64,000 nt of DNA from the NCBI RefSeq assembly GCF_001194135.2, contig NC_068982.1:127178523-127242522 (forward strand). Reading direction: 5' to 3'. Source of the DNA: Octopus bimaculoides (taxonomy: Eukaryota). Of this stretch, positions 50,656-64,000 are shown in pieces. The notes under the pieces are model-generated. The model made no database searches and was not told the DNA's origin. It worked only from the letters and a program-made list of their open reading frames with translations. The translations under genes and the position numbers were made by a program. Each line of letters opens with the position of its first letter. Positions within the stretch are counted from its first letter, which is position 1.

Positions 50656-50860
50656 GTCTTGAGCCCTAGGATTCACCAGGCCGGTTACTCGGTTTTGATG
50701 GCATAAATGTGACCTAGATTACAGGCATTCCCTCTCAACAGGACGACGGTCCGTCTCAGTGTTACTGATTCACAGCTAAATAAAGTGGAGTAGCATGGAA
50801 TGAAGTATTTTGCTCAAGAATATAACGCGACATCTGGTCCGAGAATCGACCATGAGACCT
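50656..50860 (-). mobile_element. CORE-like SINE with an alternative 3' tail
   Basis: The minus strand shows a family D-like core (TTCTTGAGCAAAATACTTCATT..CAGCTGTG-like) followed by TATGCCATCAAAACCGAGTAACCGGCC..GGCTCAAGAC. Confidence 0.6.
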
Positions 50861-50902
50861 TCACTATATACACACATATACTCATCAAATACGCATGCAT
50901 AT

Positions 50903-51115
50903 ACTCTTTTACTCTTTTACTTGTTTCAGTCTTTTGACCGTGGCCATGCTGGAGCACCGCCTTTTAGTCGAGCAAATCGACCCCAGGACTTATTCTTTAG
51001 AAGCCTAGTACTTATTCTATCGATCTCTTTTGCCGAACCGCTAAGTTACGGGGACATAAACACACCAGCATCGGTTGTCAAGCGATGTTGGGGGGACAAA
51101 CACACACATACAAAC

Positions 51116-51150
<35 letters not shown>

Positions 51151-51320
51151 CATATATACGACGGGCTTCTTTCAGTTTCCGTCTACCAAATCCACTCACA
51201 AGGCTTTGGTCGGCCCGAGGCTATAGTAGAAGACACTTGCCCAAGATGCCGCGCAGTGGGACTGAACCCAGGACCATGTGGTTGGTAAGCTAGCTACTTA
51301 CCACACAGCCACTCCTACGC

Positions 51321-51322
<2 letters not shown>
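50903..51322 (-). mobile_element. SINE family C (CORE-like, OR-type), full length
   Basis: Minus strand: AGGCGTAGGAGTGGCTGTGTGGTAAGTAGC..GGTTCAGTCCCACTGCGCGGCATCTTGGGCAAGTGTCTTCTAC (MIR/CORE-like CTTGGGCAAGT), internal (TA)(TG) tract, tail GAAACAAGTAAAAGAGTAAAAGAG. Confidence 0.93.
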
Positions 51323-51353
<31 letters not shown>

Positions 51354-51414
51354 CATACATACATACATACATACATACANNNNNNNNNNNNNNNNNNNNN
51401 NNNNNNNNNNNNNN

Positions 51415-51448
<34 letters not shown>

Positions 51449-51458
51449 CATACATACA

Positions 51459-51492
<34 letters not shown>

Positions 51493-52339
51493 AGAAGGAA
51501 AGTGCACACAGTTTAAATAGTTTTAATATATTTTAAATGGAAGAATACTGTAGTTGTCGACCGGTTTCGCTTTCGCTAATCATGACAGTGAAATTATTAT
51601 TTCGTATTTTCTTAAGAAAATTTTAGCCCATGTTCTTGTATGAAAGTGGAATGCACTTAGGAATGGTTAAACATATTTTGTCATTCATAACTAAGCTGCG
51701 TTCTTTCTGTATATGACGTCACTAATCTTACGCTTATGTATGTGTTTTGCAATATTCTTGATGCGAAATCACGTGTTGAAACAAATATTGTTATACTTGG
51801 GAATGGTGTTTAATTGGCAAAATATGATCATCCCCAAGTATAAGAACATCTCTAATCTGTTGCATGTTAACTTGCATAGTTGTTTTTTCCACGTATAAAA
51901 TAAAGAAAAAGATGTAACTATTTTGCTATTTTACATGGCAATGCAACAGCATTTTTGCGTCAAGATATACACTGAGTCCCACCCGTGTCGTTCTGTTTTT
52001 CTTTATCATTATATCTATATAGTTATGTGTATATATATATATATGTGTGTGTGTGTGTGGTGGGAGGAGAGAGAAATATATATATGCGTGTTTGTGTATG
52101 TGATGGCGTATGTGCGTGCGTGTACGACGTGCATATGTGTAAATTATTAAATGAATGTCGAAAGAACATGAGCTACATTATCGCTTTCATTAGCTAACAA
52201 ATGTTTCTGTTATAAGTAAGCGTTCACCTAGACCTGACTGCCAGTGCGACATCTTATAGCTTCCTCGGAGCAATTTGAATTATTAATTGCTACTACTGCT
52301 GCCCTAATGGTTTACAGGTTATTGGTAACGCTATGCCTG

Positions 52340-52340
<1 letters not shown>

Positions 52341-52416
<76 letters not shown>
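52341..52416. repeat. (TCTA)19 tetranucleotide microsatellite
   Basis: Counted directly. Confidence 0.95.
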
Positions 52417-52417
<1 letters not shown>

Positions 52418-52463
52418 ACACACGCTCACATATTTCTTATTAATGAAAACACACTCTTGCACG

Positions 52464-52523
<60 letters not shown>

Positions 52524-55500
52524 GTGTACGCATACAAACACACGTGTTTTGTTTTAGCTTTATTTGAGCCAGCATTTCCTTTTTCCCTCGGTAAACTGAA
52601 GCTTGTTTCTTTAAGACTGCGTTACATAAATACTAAATAACAATGTGAAAATTCAACATAAATTAATGCAGGGCAATAAATAGCCCTAATCTTCAAAATT
52701 ATTTCAATTTTTATCCTCTGTGCAAAATGTTGTCTTGACATTCCATGTTATATCGTGGAAAGTGGAGTCGAAGAAAAGTGTGATAATTAAAAAAGTTTGA
52801 GTAGTTCTGATCTGAAGATGGATGAGTTTGCTTGATTGATTCGTCCTTCACATTATATATTACAAACGCTTCATCTGAAGCATGCCGCCTTTTGGAGGTT
52901 GTTATTTCTTAAAGCTGCGCACCGCTATCGGGGCGGAGATAGCTATACGTAAGTTCGAACCCTGTTTGTCAGAGAGGCTGTTTCAGCGCGTCTTCCTCGC
53001 CCTCCTTCGGGACAGCTCTCTTTCCGTTTTGTCCGTTGGGACCGCAAGGCGGACTGACAAGCCCTTTTAGATATTTCTTTGCTGTAAGGAAAAGGAAAGA
53101 TATGATGATTTACGTCGGGTCCTCCGTCAATATTAAAGTATTTTGTAGCTACGGTTATGATTTACCGTCGAAATATTCAAGGAGTTAAGAGGTAATCCAC
53201 TTTATACTGATAATTACTTAATATTATGAATCCTTTCCTTATTGATAAATAGAACAACAGAAGAAACTCCAACTAGTGAATACAGAAAATTTTTGTTGGA
53301 TAAAAATTGTCATCTATCAACAACACTTGCATGGTTAATGTGTATAACCGCTTCATTAGGGTAGGAAAAAAAATCAAAATCGTCATTCAGTAAGTGAACG
53401 TGCAACAATTCGATAAGAATCACTGATTAAAACTGCAACAAAAGGGATAACGTTTTTGATATTAAATATAAATTTATTCCCAGTTGTCATTTTAGTCATT
53501 AAAGCTAAGTCCTTTTTTATGTAACTGTTTGATTTTTAAGCAATTACAAATATATATTATTTCCATTAAAGTATACAAGCAGCAATTGTTAAACATGTCA
53601 AGAAAGGTCAACTATTCTAAGTCGTACAATGTCTGCTTAACATCACTTAACATAAATTATGTGCAGCGGCTAACGTCTCTGTGAACGCTCACATACACAC
53701 ATAAAACTACAGTTGATCTTTTTAAATCATCTGTGACTTTTGGGTCACATTTCATCAATGCTCACGTATGGAATTACCAGCTATGTTTAACAATGGCTTA
53801 AATTTAAAGCCGTTTATACTGTGTTGCTACTCATTCATTATTCATGGTTTCTTAGGGCATAATTTTAAACATTTCTTTGCTTTATTACTTCGCTATTCTC
53901 CACCTCTTTCTTTTGTATATCTATTCCTAAATGAAGGTTTGAATTTATTAGTCACTTCTCGAGATTACACTCCAAGAAGTGGAAATAACTTCAACCTAGA
54001 TTTAGAATAAATAAACTTCAAATATAGAATTAGTTAATATTTAAAATCTATAGAAGGGATGGGTAAAATAGTGAAATGTGTGTATGTGCGTGAGGGAGAG
54101 ATTGTAGAAAAGAAGAAATAAAAGAGTAAAGATAATGATATTAAGATAAGGGAAAGAAGAACGGAGGAAAGAAAGAAAGAACAAAAGAAGGAAAACACGG
54201 TTCGGCAAGAAGGGGCCAAAATTGGGAGAGGTTACGCGGAAAGAGAAGAAACAGCGAGGAGGAAGTAGGAGAAAAGGTGAAAAAGTAAGATGAGGAGAAG
54301 AAATGATTCAAAAGGATTAGATAAACTAAGTTGTTGTCCAAAATGAAATTTTGAATACAACTCAAGTGACGACAGAATTGGTACTGCGTCATAGTAAACG
54401 CACACGGATGTATATGTGTGTGACGTATAAGCTATTTCCTTTTGTGTGTGTGTATCTGGAGAAAAGCAAATATAGAAATTAGCACTCCTTCTACAAACTA
54501 GAATTTTTTTTCTTTTTGAAATTAACAGACTTCTTTGTCTTATCATTTTGGTTCTCATAGCATCTGAAGCTTTCACTGCAGTAACCAAACAATCGTTCCC
54601 TAAGGGGCACTCCTACATTTATTATGCTAGTTTTATATCATCGGCCTTAATACTTCCGGCAGTAAAAGTTGTAGAATCTAATCTCTCTCTGTGTATGTAT
54701 GTATGTATATATATATATATAACAGCAGGGCTACGGATGTCGTTAATATACTCTCACCGAAAATGTGATGCCTGATAAGTGTCATGCAAGAGTTATGGCT
54801 ATTTCCGTCTTTTAAATCAGTATATATATGTATATTTATTTTTAGAAAGTTGTATTATCTTCGGACTTGCTGTTATTATTATTATTATTATTATTGGTCT
54901 ATAAATGAGAAAGGAAATGATCCTTAGAAAGAGGTAATAACATTATGTAATATTAATACTATTATATTTTGAAGTTACCCATTAAAATTCGATAGTTAAA
55001 TAATTTTAAACAGGAGTTTTTAACTTATTTTGGTTTCTATAAATGTTAAAGTTTCAATCATGAATCTTTCGTAAGAAATATATTTTAAAGTTTCGGAAGT
55101 GTATTTGCCAAACGAGTGATTTGGTCTAAAACCGTGTGTAGAAACTAAAACAATTACAGCAAGAAAGACTCATATTAGTTATTCAAAAATACACAAAGAC
55201 TTAAACATTTATTGTTTGTATGCTTATGAATGGCTAACATGTGTCTTCCACATTATAATTGTTAATATTTTAGAGCTTATCATGGAACCGTTGACAATTC
55301 ATGATGAGCAGCAGATATCAGAAAACTGGAGTAAATTATTGATTTGTTATATGAGGTATAAGATATTCTATTTTATCTACACCTCGAAGAACGAAAGGCA
55401 AAGTTGAACGCGGCGGAAGTTGAACTAAGATCGTAACCTGAATTCATTTCCTTTCTGACATTCATTCAGGTGGAGGAGAAGATGCCAATACAATAACTTT

Positions 55501-56838
55501 CAGCAATATACTTACTAAAAGCAATTCAGCAATTTATATGTCTCTTTAAAACATATTGTCATTGTGCTTAGTCGAAAGTAACAACAAGCCAATTACGTTG
55601 ACATCATAGCCAATTCAATTGAAAACAATTTATACATTCAGTCTTTGAATTAGACCAATACTGGCAAGGAACATTTGGTTTCCATGTTAGACAATATTCA
55701 TTTCAAACGCGACTGCCACTCTTCATCTAATGTCATCTCATTCTCTTTACAACCGCAGACGCACTACATGACAATCAGTTTACATGTCACTCACGAAGTT
55801 TGAATGCAACAAACTCTACATACACTCATACTCGTAGGTATATATGTTTATATGTGTGTGTGTACAGACTTATATGTATGCATAGTCCGTATGTATATGC
55901 ATATATATTAGATATGTTTTATATACTTTGCATGCACTCCATTTATATATCGTTTGGTTGATTGCAGTAATACTAAACATAGATCTGATTTATCCAGGTG
56001 TATGTTATTAGGTTTTTCATTTATTTGTTTTCTTCAATTTTTATAGAATTGCTTCGTGAAAAATGTACTTTTCTGAATAATATTACTTGTGTATTATGTG
56101 AATTCTGATTCTGTATATCTATTTCGACAATACTCGATGGTTGATACCACAGGGCAGTTTTAAGAGTTGGTAAAAATGGTTGAGTCCCAAATTTTGTGGT
56201 TTTTGCATCTCGGTTCAAACACCATTGGAATAGACTTAATGTTTCATTCCTTTGTAATCAATAAGTTAAAGGGGAACAGATCCGAGAAAACTTGTTTTCG
56301 TCTTCGTCGGCAAATAATGAACACAAATTGTCTGCCAGAGTGAAATAAATAATTATACGGTAAGGCAGACTAGGTTGAGATGAAGAAGATGGAAAAAGAT
56401 CTTGACTTTCGGTTAGAATCTTGCGTAAATTAAATTCGGTTTGTGGTTGCGTGGTAGTATTGAGGGGCGCGCACTGATTGATTTAATTGATTGTACTTAT
56501 CCCAAACAATTCTGTGGTTTCTACCAATATTTAGAAATCAATATTCAGCGATTGTTGCCGAGCTATAAAAACCTCTGACAAGCGGAATCTGAGACGTGGT
56601 TTCCAATCCTGCATGGACTAGTTTTATTTCCCTCACACACCTAAATAATATGTAGGCCTTGTTTTGCTCCCAAAATAGTAACCTTTATGTTTGTCCAAAA
56701 GAAACCAGTTTAACAGTTCTTGTAACATTTGTGCATCTTACAGATCTTCTGTAGCAGAGTAGACCTATGGTCACATGCATTCCATCCTATATTTTTATTC
56801 AGTCACAGTATATACAGGAATATATTATCAGATGCTGA

Positions 56839-57177
56839 GACCCCCTTCGGTCATGAATGACCATGGGATTCCACCTAGAAAGTTACCCTCCCAGGCACGA
56901 GTCCGGGCAAGTTTTTCTTTTATAGAAGACCAGCAGTCGCCCATGCATACCAGCCTCCCATCTCCACGCCACCAGTGTTATCCAAGGGAAAGGCAAAGGG
57001 GCCGATACAGCTTGGCATCTGTGACGTCGCAACTCATTTCTACAGCTGAGTGAACTGGAGCAACGTGAAATAAAGTGTCTTGCTCAAGAACACAACACGC
57101 AGCCTGGTCCGGGATTCGAACTCACAACCTCATGATCGTAAGCTCGACACTCTAACCACTGAGCCATGCGCCTTCAC
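56839..57177 (-). mobile_element. SINE family D (CORE-like, tRNA-Arg-type head), full length
   Basis: Minus strand: GTGAAGGCGCATGGCTCAGTGGTTAGAGTGTCGAGCTTACGATC..GAGTTCGAATCCC..GTGTTGTGTTCTTGAGCAAGACACTTTATTTCACGTTGCTCCAG. Highly similar to 63690-64000. Confidence 0.92.
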
Positions 57178-58339
57178 NNNNNNNNNNNNNNNNNNNNNNN
57201 NNNNNNNNNNNNNNNNNNNNNNNNNNNNNNNNNNNNNNNNNNNNNNNNNNNNNNNNNNNNNNNNNNNNNNNNNNNNNNNNNNNNNNNNNNNNNNNNNNNN
57301 NNNNNNNNNNNNNNNNNNNNNNNNNNNNNNNNNNNNNNNNNNNNNNNNNNNNNNNNNNNNNNNNNNNNNNNNNNNNNNNNNNNNNNNNNNNNNNNNNNNN
57401 NNNNNNNNNNNNNNNNNNNNNNNNNNNNNNNNNNNNNNNNNNNNNNNNNNNNNNNNNNNNNNNNNNNNNNNNNNNNNNNNNNNNNNNNNNNNNNNNNNNN
57501 NNACCCCGAAAGGATGAAAGTAAAAATCGACCTCGACGGAGTCTGACCTCAGAACATAAAGCAAGAAGAAATGCCGCCGAGGATGTACTACGCACAAACG
57601 ATTCTGTCAGCTCACCACCATTTGTAAACCGAATAATACTTAATAAATCTTTATTAGCATATTCTTCATGATAGTTATGAAGCCATTAGCTTGTGATTAA
57701 AAACATTCAGTACTGGAGGTGGTTTTTCCTTCCTTCCTTCCTTTCTTTCTTTCTTTCTTTCTTTCCTTCCTTCCTTCCTTCCTTCCTTCCTTCCTTCCTT
57801 TCGACACATTTTGCAAGCAAATCTGATCAAAAAAGCTTAAGACTCTCTCATCAAATTTAATTTCTTTCAGCTATTATTTCAGACTTGTTTTACCGTCTCA
57901 TGGTCTATGTACATATGTATGTTCATATATATACATATATATTCACTATATCCACTGCAGTGAAGGATGCATACGCGTACGTGTGTCTCTGCGATACAAT
58001 ACAATCTTTCGTTGCAATGGGAACCCAATGGCATTGCCCTTCCAGTGAAAGAATTACATTTTTTATTGTTTCCGACAAATCCCCGTTTGAAAGTTACCTT
58101 TCTTTCCTTTTTTTTTACCATCTACTTACTTGGTTTAGCCTAACCTTCAACCAACCCCTTCTATTATCCTTGAATGGTAGTGTGTGTGCGCGCGTGTGTG
58201 TGTGTGAGAGAGAGAGAGAGAGACAAGGAGAGGCATACGCTAACACCTACAAGCACACGCATATTCACATTCGTACCTGTACATACCTACCTGCCTTACG
58301 GATGACATTTTATACTTACATCTCTCTCTCCCTCTCCCC

Positions 58340-58381
<42 letters not shown>

Positions 58382-58393
58382 GANNNNNNNNNN

Positions 58394-58433
<40 letters not shown>

Positions 58434-58466
58434 GAGCAACACAGTACACACGTACTTGCACATTTA

Positions 58467-58517
<51 letters not shown>

Positions 58518-58963
58518 CAAACAGTTTAGGGGTCAGCAGTTTTATTAAGTATGCTATTGTTGTGAATCCAGTAGATTGTTCCTTTACTGACTCTTGTTTC
58601 CCACGTCAGGTGTTCAAGAAAATACCATCAGGACCAGTGGCGGTGGTGGTGGGGATGTGTCGGTTGGTAATATACTGACTGCGGTCAGGGTGAAGGGTAG
58701 AGGTACATTACAGTCGAGTTTCTTCTATTGCCTGTTAGAATTGCTTCCCTCTAAAATATCACTAATGTTCTTCAACAATACACGAGTCTCACAACTTCCC
58801 ATCTCCAGACACAAAGGAGCTGTTTTGACAATGAATGAAAAAGGTACATCCGTTTGTGGTGGTACTCGACTTCACTCGGTTTCAGTACACGTTTAATGTT
58901 GTTAGGCATGGAAATTATAATTTCATCGTTCTTTACAAAGTTGCCAGGCTTCATGCTTATTAT

Positions 58964-59649
58964 AACAAAATGAAACTGAACGAGGGAAAATTTGAGCTGA
59001 TACATTTTGGAAGGAAGTCTATACTAAAACAGCCATACTCTCTTCCTTCAGGGGAACCGCTCACTGCATCCAATAATATCAGAGATCTGGGTGTAATTGT
59101 TGACAACAATCTCAATTGGAGTGCCCACATCAACAATAAGGTCAATATAGCTCGTAGGATGAGCTCCTGGATCTTAAGAACCTTCCGGTCCAGAGAACAA
59201 GGTGTCATCATTCCACTTTTCTCCTCCTTTGTACGGCTACACCTCGAATACTGCTGCCCCCTGTGNNNNNNNNNNTCCAAGGCTGGGACCACGGGCCATA
59301 CGTCCCCTGCCCAATTCAGGATCACAACATATAGGTACACTGTGGCATAATTTCTTTTCCTCAATAGGCCCTGCCCTGTTTAACATTGTCCCGAAACAGA
59401 TAAAAGAGGAAAAGGATCCTATCAGCTTTAAACGGAGTCTAGACAGATTTCTTCAAGGAATACCAGACAAGCCACCCATACCTGGATACAACTCACTCAA
59501 TAAGAACTCACTACTTGAATGGACGATAAACAAAACTTAACTGTAAAAAAGGGTTTAGATAATCCTATCAGGTGGTGCTATTAAGTTAGACATGGCCTGG
59601 ACCAATCTTTATTCGAAACATATTTAAGTTTTATCTAAGTTTATATAAG
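58964..59649 (+). mobile_element. CR1-group LINE, 5'-truncated 3' end (RT C-terminus), with a gap
   Basis: NKMKLNEGKFELIHFG..IRDLGVIVDNNLNWSAHINNKVNIARRMSSWILRTFRSR..LFSSFVRLHLEYCCPL..NFFSSIGPALFNIVP..FKRSLDRFL..IPDKP, the DLGV, LEYC and LFNxLP/FKxxLDxFL motifs of CR1/L2-type RT. Ends in TAAG-type short repeats. Confidence 0.9.
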
Positions 59650-60056
59650 GAACAAAACGCGGAACCGTTAGCTTTCCGAACAAAATATTTAGCAGCGTTT
59701 CTTTCACCGTTCAACGGTCGACTTCGCCATTCATCCTTTTCGAAGTATTGGAGAGGATATAATCGGGTAACCCATTTACCCTAAAATTGCTAGACTTGTA
59801 CCTAAATTTCAGACATTTATATACATATAAGTTACGAATACGTCATTTAAATATCATGTCGGTGCAAAATGGTTTGAGAATATTCAAAACTGGTGCCGCA
59901 CTTTTCTGAGTTCAAATCCTCCTGAAGTTGCCTTTATCCCTCAAACGTCAGGAATCAATGGACAGAAAATACTGAACCAACTAACTTCTATTTAATAAAT
60001 AAGGGTTTTTGGCATTATATCTAACTCCCTCCCCCCTCTCTCTCCCTCTCTCTCTC

Positions 60057-60097
<41 letters not shown>

Positions 60098-60431
60098 NNN
60101 NNNNNNNNNNNNNNNNNNNNNNNNNNNNNNNNNNNNNNNNNNNNNNNNNNNNNNNNNNNNNNNNNNNNNNNNNNNNNNNNNNNNNNNNNNNNNNNNNNNN
60201 NNNNNNNNNNNNNNNNNNNNNNNNNNNNNNNNNNNNNNNNNNNNNNNNNNNNNNNNNNNNNNNNNNNNNNNNNNNNNNNNNNNNNNNNNNNNNNNNNNNN
60301 NNNNNNNNNNNNNNNNNNNNNNNNNNNNNNNNNNNNNNNNNNNNNNNNNNNNNNNNNNNNNNNNNNNNNNNNNNNNNNNNNNNNNNNNNNNNNNNNNNNN
60401 NNNNNNNNNNNNNNNNNNNNNNTATATATAT

Positions 60432-60846
60432 TCTCTTTTATTCTTTTACTTGTTTCAGTCTTTGATTGTAGCCATGCTGGAGCACCGCCTTTAGTCCAAC
60501 AAACCGATCCCAGGTCTTATTCTTTGTAAGCCTAGTACTTATTATATCGGTCTCTTTTGCCGAACCACTAAGTTACGGGTACATAAGCACACCAACATCA
60601 GTTGTCAAGTGGTGGTGGTGGTGGTGAGGTGGGGGTTACAAACACAGACACACAACTAAATGTATACATACATATATATAAACGACGGGCTTTTTACAGT
60701 TTCCGTCTACCAAATCCACTCACAAGGCTTTGGTCGGCCCGAGGCTATATTAGAAGACACTTGCCCAAGGTGCCACGCAGTGGGACTGAACCCGGAACCA
60801 TGTGGTTGGTAAGGGAGCTTCTTACCACGCAGCCACTCTTGGGCCT
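60432..60846 (-). mobile_element. SINE family C, full length
   Basis: Colinear with 50903-51322. Confidence 0.92.
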
Positions 60847-61534
60847 ATCCGTCTAAATCTTTCACTAAGCATCAATCTATTCCCTGTGAACATTTGACAC
60901 GTTGTTTTTTTGTTTTTTATTCATTTTTCTCTCTCTTCTCCCTCTCTCCCCTCCCTCTCTCCCTATATATATTTAGCGAGAGAGACAGAAAGAGATACAT
61001 AAATACATACCTACATACATTGATGCATGTGTGTGAAAATGCTATTGTTTATCCTAGATCAGCTCTGATAGAGCAAGCCCCTGTGATTGAAGGGTTTTTT
61101 TTGACATAACAGCGTTAGTCCTTTCTTTAGACTATGTATCCAGCGTATTGTTCTCATTTTTTTTTAGTATCGTAATATGAGATTTGAGTAGGATTTGGTT
61201 GCTATTTCCAGTTTATTTAGAGAGTACGTAGTTGTTCTCTTGTGGTCTCGCGTATGTATGCATGTATATATAAGTATGTGTATGTAAGCAGGCAAGCATA
61301 TAGTTATGTACGTGTGCTTGTATGTATGTATGTATGTATGTATGTATGTATGTATGTATGTATGCATGCATGCATGCATGCATGCATGAGTAAATTCTGT
61401 CTCCATGTGACTTAATGATTATTATAGGTTAACTGGCTGCATTTTTCATGTTGAATTACATTTATATTACAGTAATCTCTCTTTGTATATGGTATTTATA
61501 ATTATGGCTCAATATTTTAATATTTTAGGGGATG

Positions 61535-62005
61535 AGGGGGAGAGTTGGCAGAATCGTTAGCACGCCGGATAGCATGCTTATCGGCATTTCGTCCGTCTTT
61601 ACGTTCTGAGTCCAAATTTCGCCGAGGTTGGCTTTGCTGTTCGTCCTTTTGGGATCAACAAAATAAGTACCAGTTGAGCACTTGGGTTTATTTAATCCAC
61701 TTAACCCTCTCACCCACCGAAAATGCTCACATTGTGCCAAAATTTGAAACCAATATTTTGGAGATGTAATCGAGGTTTGAACAACAAATACTTGTACTTA
61801 TGTGCTGCGAGCTGGCAGAATCATTAGCTTGTAGGACAAAGTACTTTGCAGCATTTCTTCTGATTCTTTATGTCCTGAGTTCAAATGCTTCCGAGGTTAA
61901 CTTTGCCTTTCGTTACTTCAGGTTCGGTAAGATAAAGTAACAACTCAAGTAGTGAAATCGATATAATCGATTTAACCCTCCCATCAAAAATTGCTAGCCT
62001 TGAAC
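61535..62005 (+). mobile_element. Two tandem family B SINEs
   Basis: Heads GAGTTGGCAGAATCGTTAGCACG (~61543) and GCGAGCTGGCAGAATCATTAGC (~61807), each with TTCTGAGT(C/T)CAAAT and the core. Confidence 0.8.
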
Positions 62006-62088
62006 CTCGCAACGGACCCGCGTCTCGGTCAGGGACGAATGTCGTGATTTCGGTCACTTATACGCCATGGATTCTGGGCAAATGGCCT

Positions 62089-62510
62089 CAGCACTGGATT
62101 AACCATTAAGCAAAATAAGCATGTGCTTAAGGCATCAAGGGAAGGAAGGGAGCACCACAGAAATGGTAAATGGTTTACAGCACAAAAGAAATCACTTTAA
62201 ACTTGCTAAACTGATATTCGGGATGCCTTATCTCTACATAGTATAGAATCAGGCGTTTTACGTAAGATTAATTTTGAGAATCTGATCAAAGATTTTGCAA
62301 TTAAAAAAGATAAGAGAAAACTTTGCAAATATAAATAAAGTGAAAGTATGCAAAAATAAACATTATTTTTCGTCTTACTGTTAGTTTTGTTTCATTTTGA
62401 AAGATAAAAATTTATTTTATGGTTTATTATTGTTTACATTTTGAATTATATATGGAGGCACCAAAATCTTTTGAGTGCTTAGGGCCTCTATGGGTCTTAA
62501 TCCGGCTCTG
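62089..62510. mobile_element. Older hAT-like MITE (422 bp) with diverged 8-bp TSD
   Basis: Termini CAGCACTGGATTAA / TTAATCCGGCTCTG. Flanks AATGGCCT versus ACTGACCT (6/8). Confidence 0.65.
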
Positions 62511-62662
62511 ACTGACCTAAAAAACTTAATTATGAAGGTCATGTAAAAGAGAATTAAGTGTAGGCACTCAACGAAAGTGGAACTTACACCTCCAAACAAA
62601 GAAGCCTTGTGGAGCAAAAATGAATAACGTCAGTTGAATAATAAGTACACGCACCCTTCTTA

Positions 62663-62968
62663 GTGGAAGCACATGGCCTAGTGGTTAGAGCAGTGGACTT
62701 GCAGTCGAGGGATCGTGGGTTCTAATCTTAGACCAGGTGATGTGTGTGTTTATGAGCGAAACACCTAAGCTCCACGCGGCTCCGGTAGAAGGTAATGGCG
62801 AACTTCTGCTAACTTTTTTACCACAACTTTCTCTCACGCTTTCCTCCTGCATCTAGCGGCTCGCCTGCAACAGGCCATCGTACATTCCAGGTGGAGAACC
62901 TATACGCCAATGAAACCGGGAAACTGACCCTTATGAACCAGGCATGGCTCGAGAAGAAACAAACAGCA
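62663..62968 (+). mobile_element. SINE with family A head and body but a different 3' tail; 10-bp TSD
   Basis: GGAAGCACATGGCCTAGTGGTTAGAGCAG..AACACCTAAGCTCCACG..CCACAACTTTCTCTCAC matches family A up to ~62849, then switches to ..GAAACCGGGAAACTGACCC..GGCTCGAGAAG. ACCCTTCTTA flanks both sides (62653-62662, 62969-62978). Confidence 0.88.
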
Positions 62969-63432
62969 ACCCTTCTTATATCCCAGCAACATTTTATCGA
63001 TTTAAAATAGAGAAAGAACTCGAAATAAGTGAATACTCGTGTTGATTTTTCAACAAGCTCACTATATTGTGGTGCGAACACGACTGTGTGGTTAAGAAGC
63101 TCTCTTTGCAACCACGGAGTTTTTAGCTCAGTCTCACTGCACAGCACCTTGGGCAAGTGTCTTCTACTATACACCTGGGCCGGCCAATGGCTTGTGAGTG
63201 AATTTGGTAGGCGGAATCTATGTGAATGCCTGTTGTATACATTCTCAATGTTAGCTGACTAACATTACATTCCTACTTCCATTAGTAGAGATGATAAATG
63301 CCTCTGAACAGCGTATCTGACGGTTCGCTTATGTTGCTAAGAATATAACGGGTGCGAGTATAATAGGTGCTAAGAGTATAATAGGAGTATAATGGCAACT
63401 TTCTGACCAGCCATAAGCAACGATTACATTAA

Positions 63433-63483
<51 letters not shown>

Positions 63484-63689
63484 TGTTTGTGTGTCTCCCC
63501 ATACCGCTTGATAACCGGTGGAGGGGGGACAAAAAGAAATGCGAGGGCATGCATATACACACGCACACACTTACACACACACACGTATGTCTTTGTATGT
63601 GTGTGTCTATGCGTGTATGTATGTAGGTATGCATATATATATATGTATATATATATATATATGTACATATATATATATATGGGCGGGGG

Positions 63690-64000
63690 CCCCCCTTCGG
63701 TCATGAATGACCATGGGATTGCACCTAGAAAGTTACCCTCCGAGGCACAAGTCCGGGCAAAGTTGATTATGGAAGGCCAGCAGTCACCCATGCATACCAA
63801 CCTCCCCTCTCCACACCACTGATGTTATCCAAGGGAAAGGCAAAGAGGCCGATACAGCTTGGCTCCAGTGATGTCGCAACTCATTTCTACAGCTGAGTGA
63901 ACTGGAGCAACGTGAAATAAAGTGTCTTGCTCAAGAACACAACACGCAGCCTGGTCCGGGAATCGAACTCACAGCCTCACGATCGTAAGCTCGACACTCT
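63690..64000 (-). mobile_element. SINE family D, runs off the window end
   Basis: Near-identical to 56839-57177. Confidence 0.9.

Noticed and set aside
52880-53070. GC-rich patch resembling an LTR or promoter
   Set aside because: No TG..CA termini, TSD or other support found.
57885-58529. 214-aa ORF
   Set aside because: It is built largely from microsatellites and spans an N gap.
58594-58896. 100-aa ORF upstream of the CR1 fragment
   Set aside because: No recognisable motif, a non-ATG start, and no splice support.

Overview
This is AT-rich, gapped draft-assembly animal DNA, full of microsatellites and short tRNA-headed SINEs. The SINE families resemble those described from Octopus (OK/OR1/OR2 type), so an octopod genome is likely; that is an inference from repeat content. 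I can support only one host gene: the first coding exon (24187-24676, + strand) of a Neverland/DAF-36 cholesterol 7-desaturase (Rieske oxygenase). It shows the diagnostic N-terminal block RRRRVGDIPPVYPNGWFGLIES and ends at a phase-1 GTAAGT donor. I found no Rieske-domain exon downstream, so the remaining ~39 kb is probably a very large first intron, although several N gaps could hide an exon. The rest is mobile-element material: an internally deleted Helitron, a Tc1/mariner transposase relic, CRE-like and CR1-like LINE 3' fragments, hAT and TTAA-target MITEs with TSDs, two candidate solo LTRs, at least four SINE families with apparent head/tail module swapping, and several hairpins and duplications. 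Nearly all ORFs in the supplied track are artefacts of microsatellites, N gaps or SINEs. All identifications are by eye and motif recall; no searches were run.
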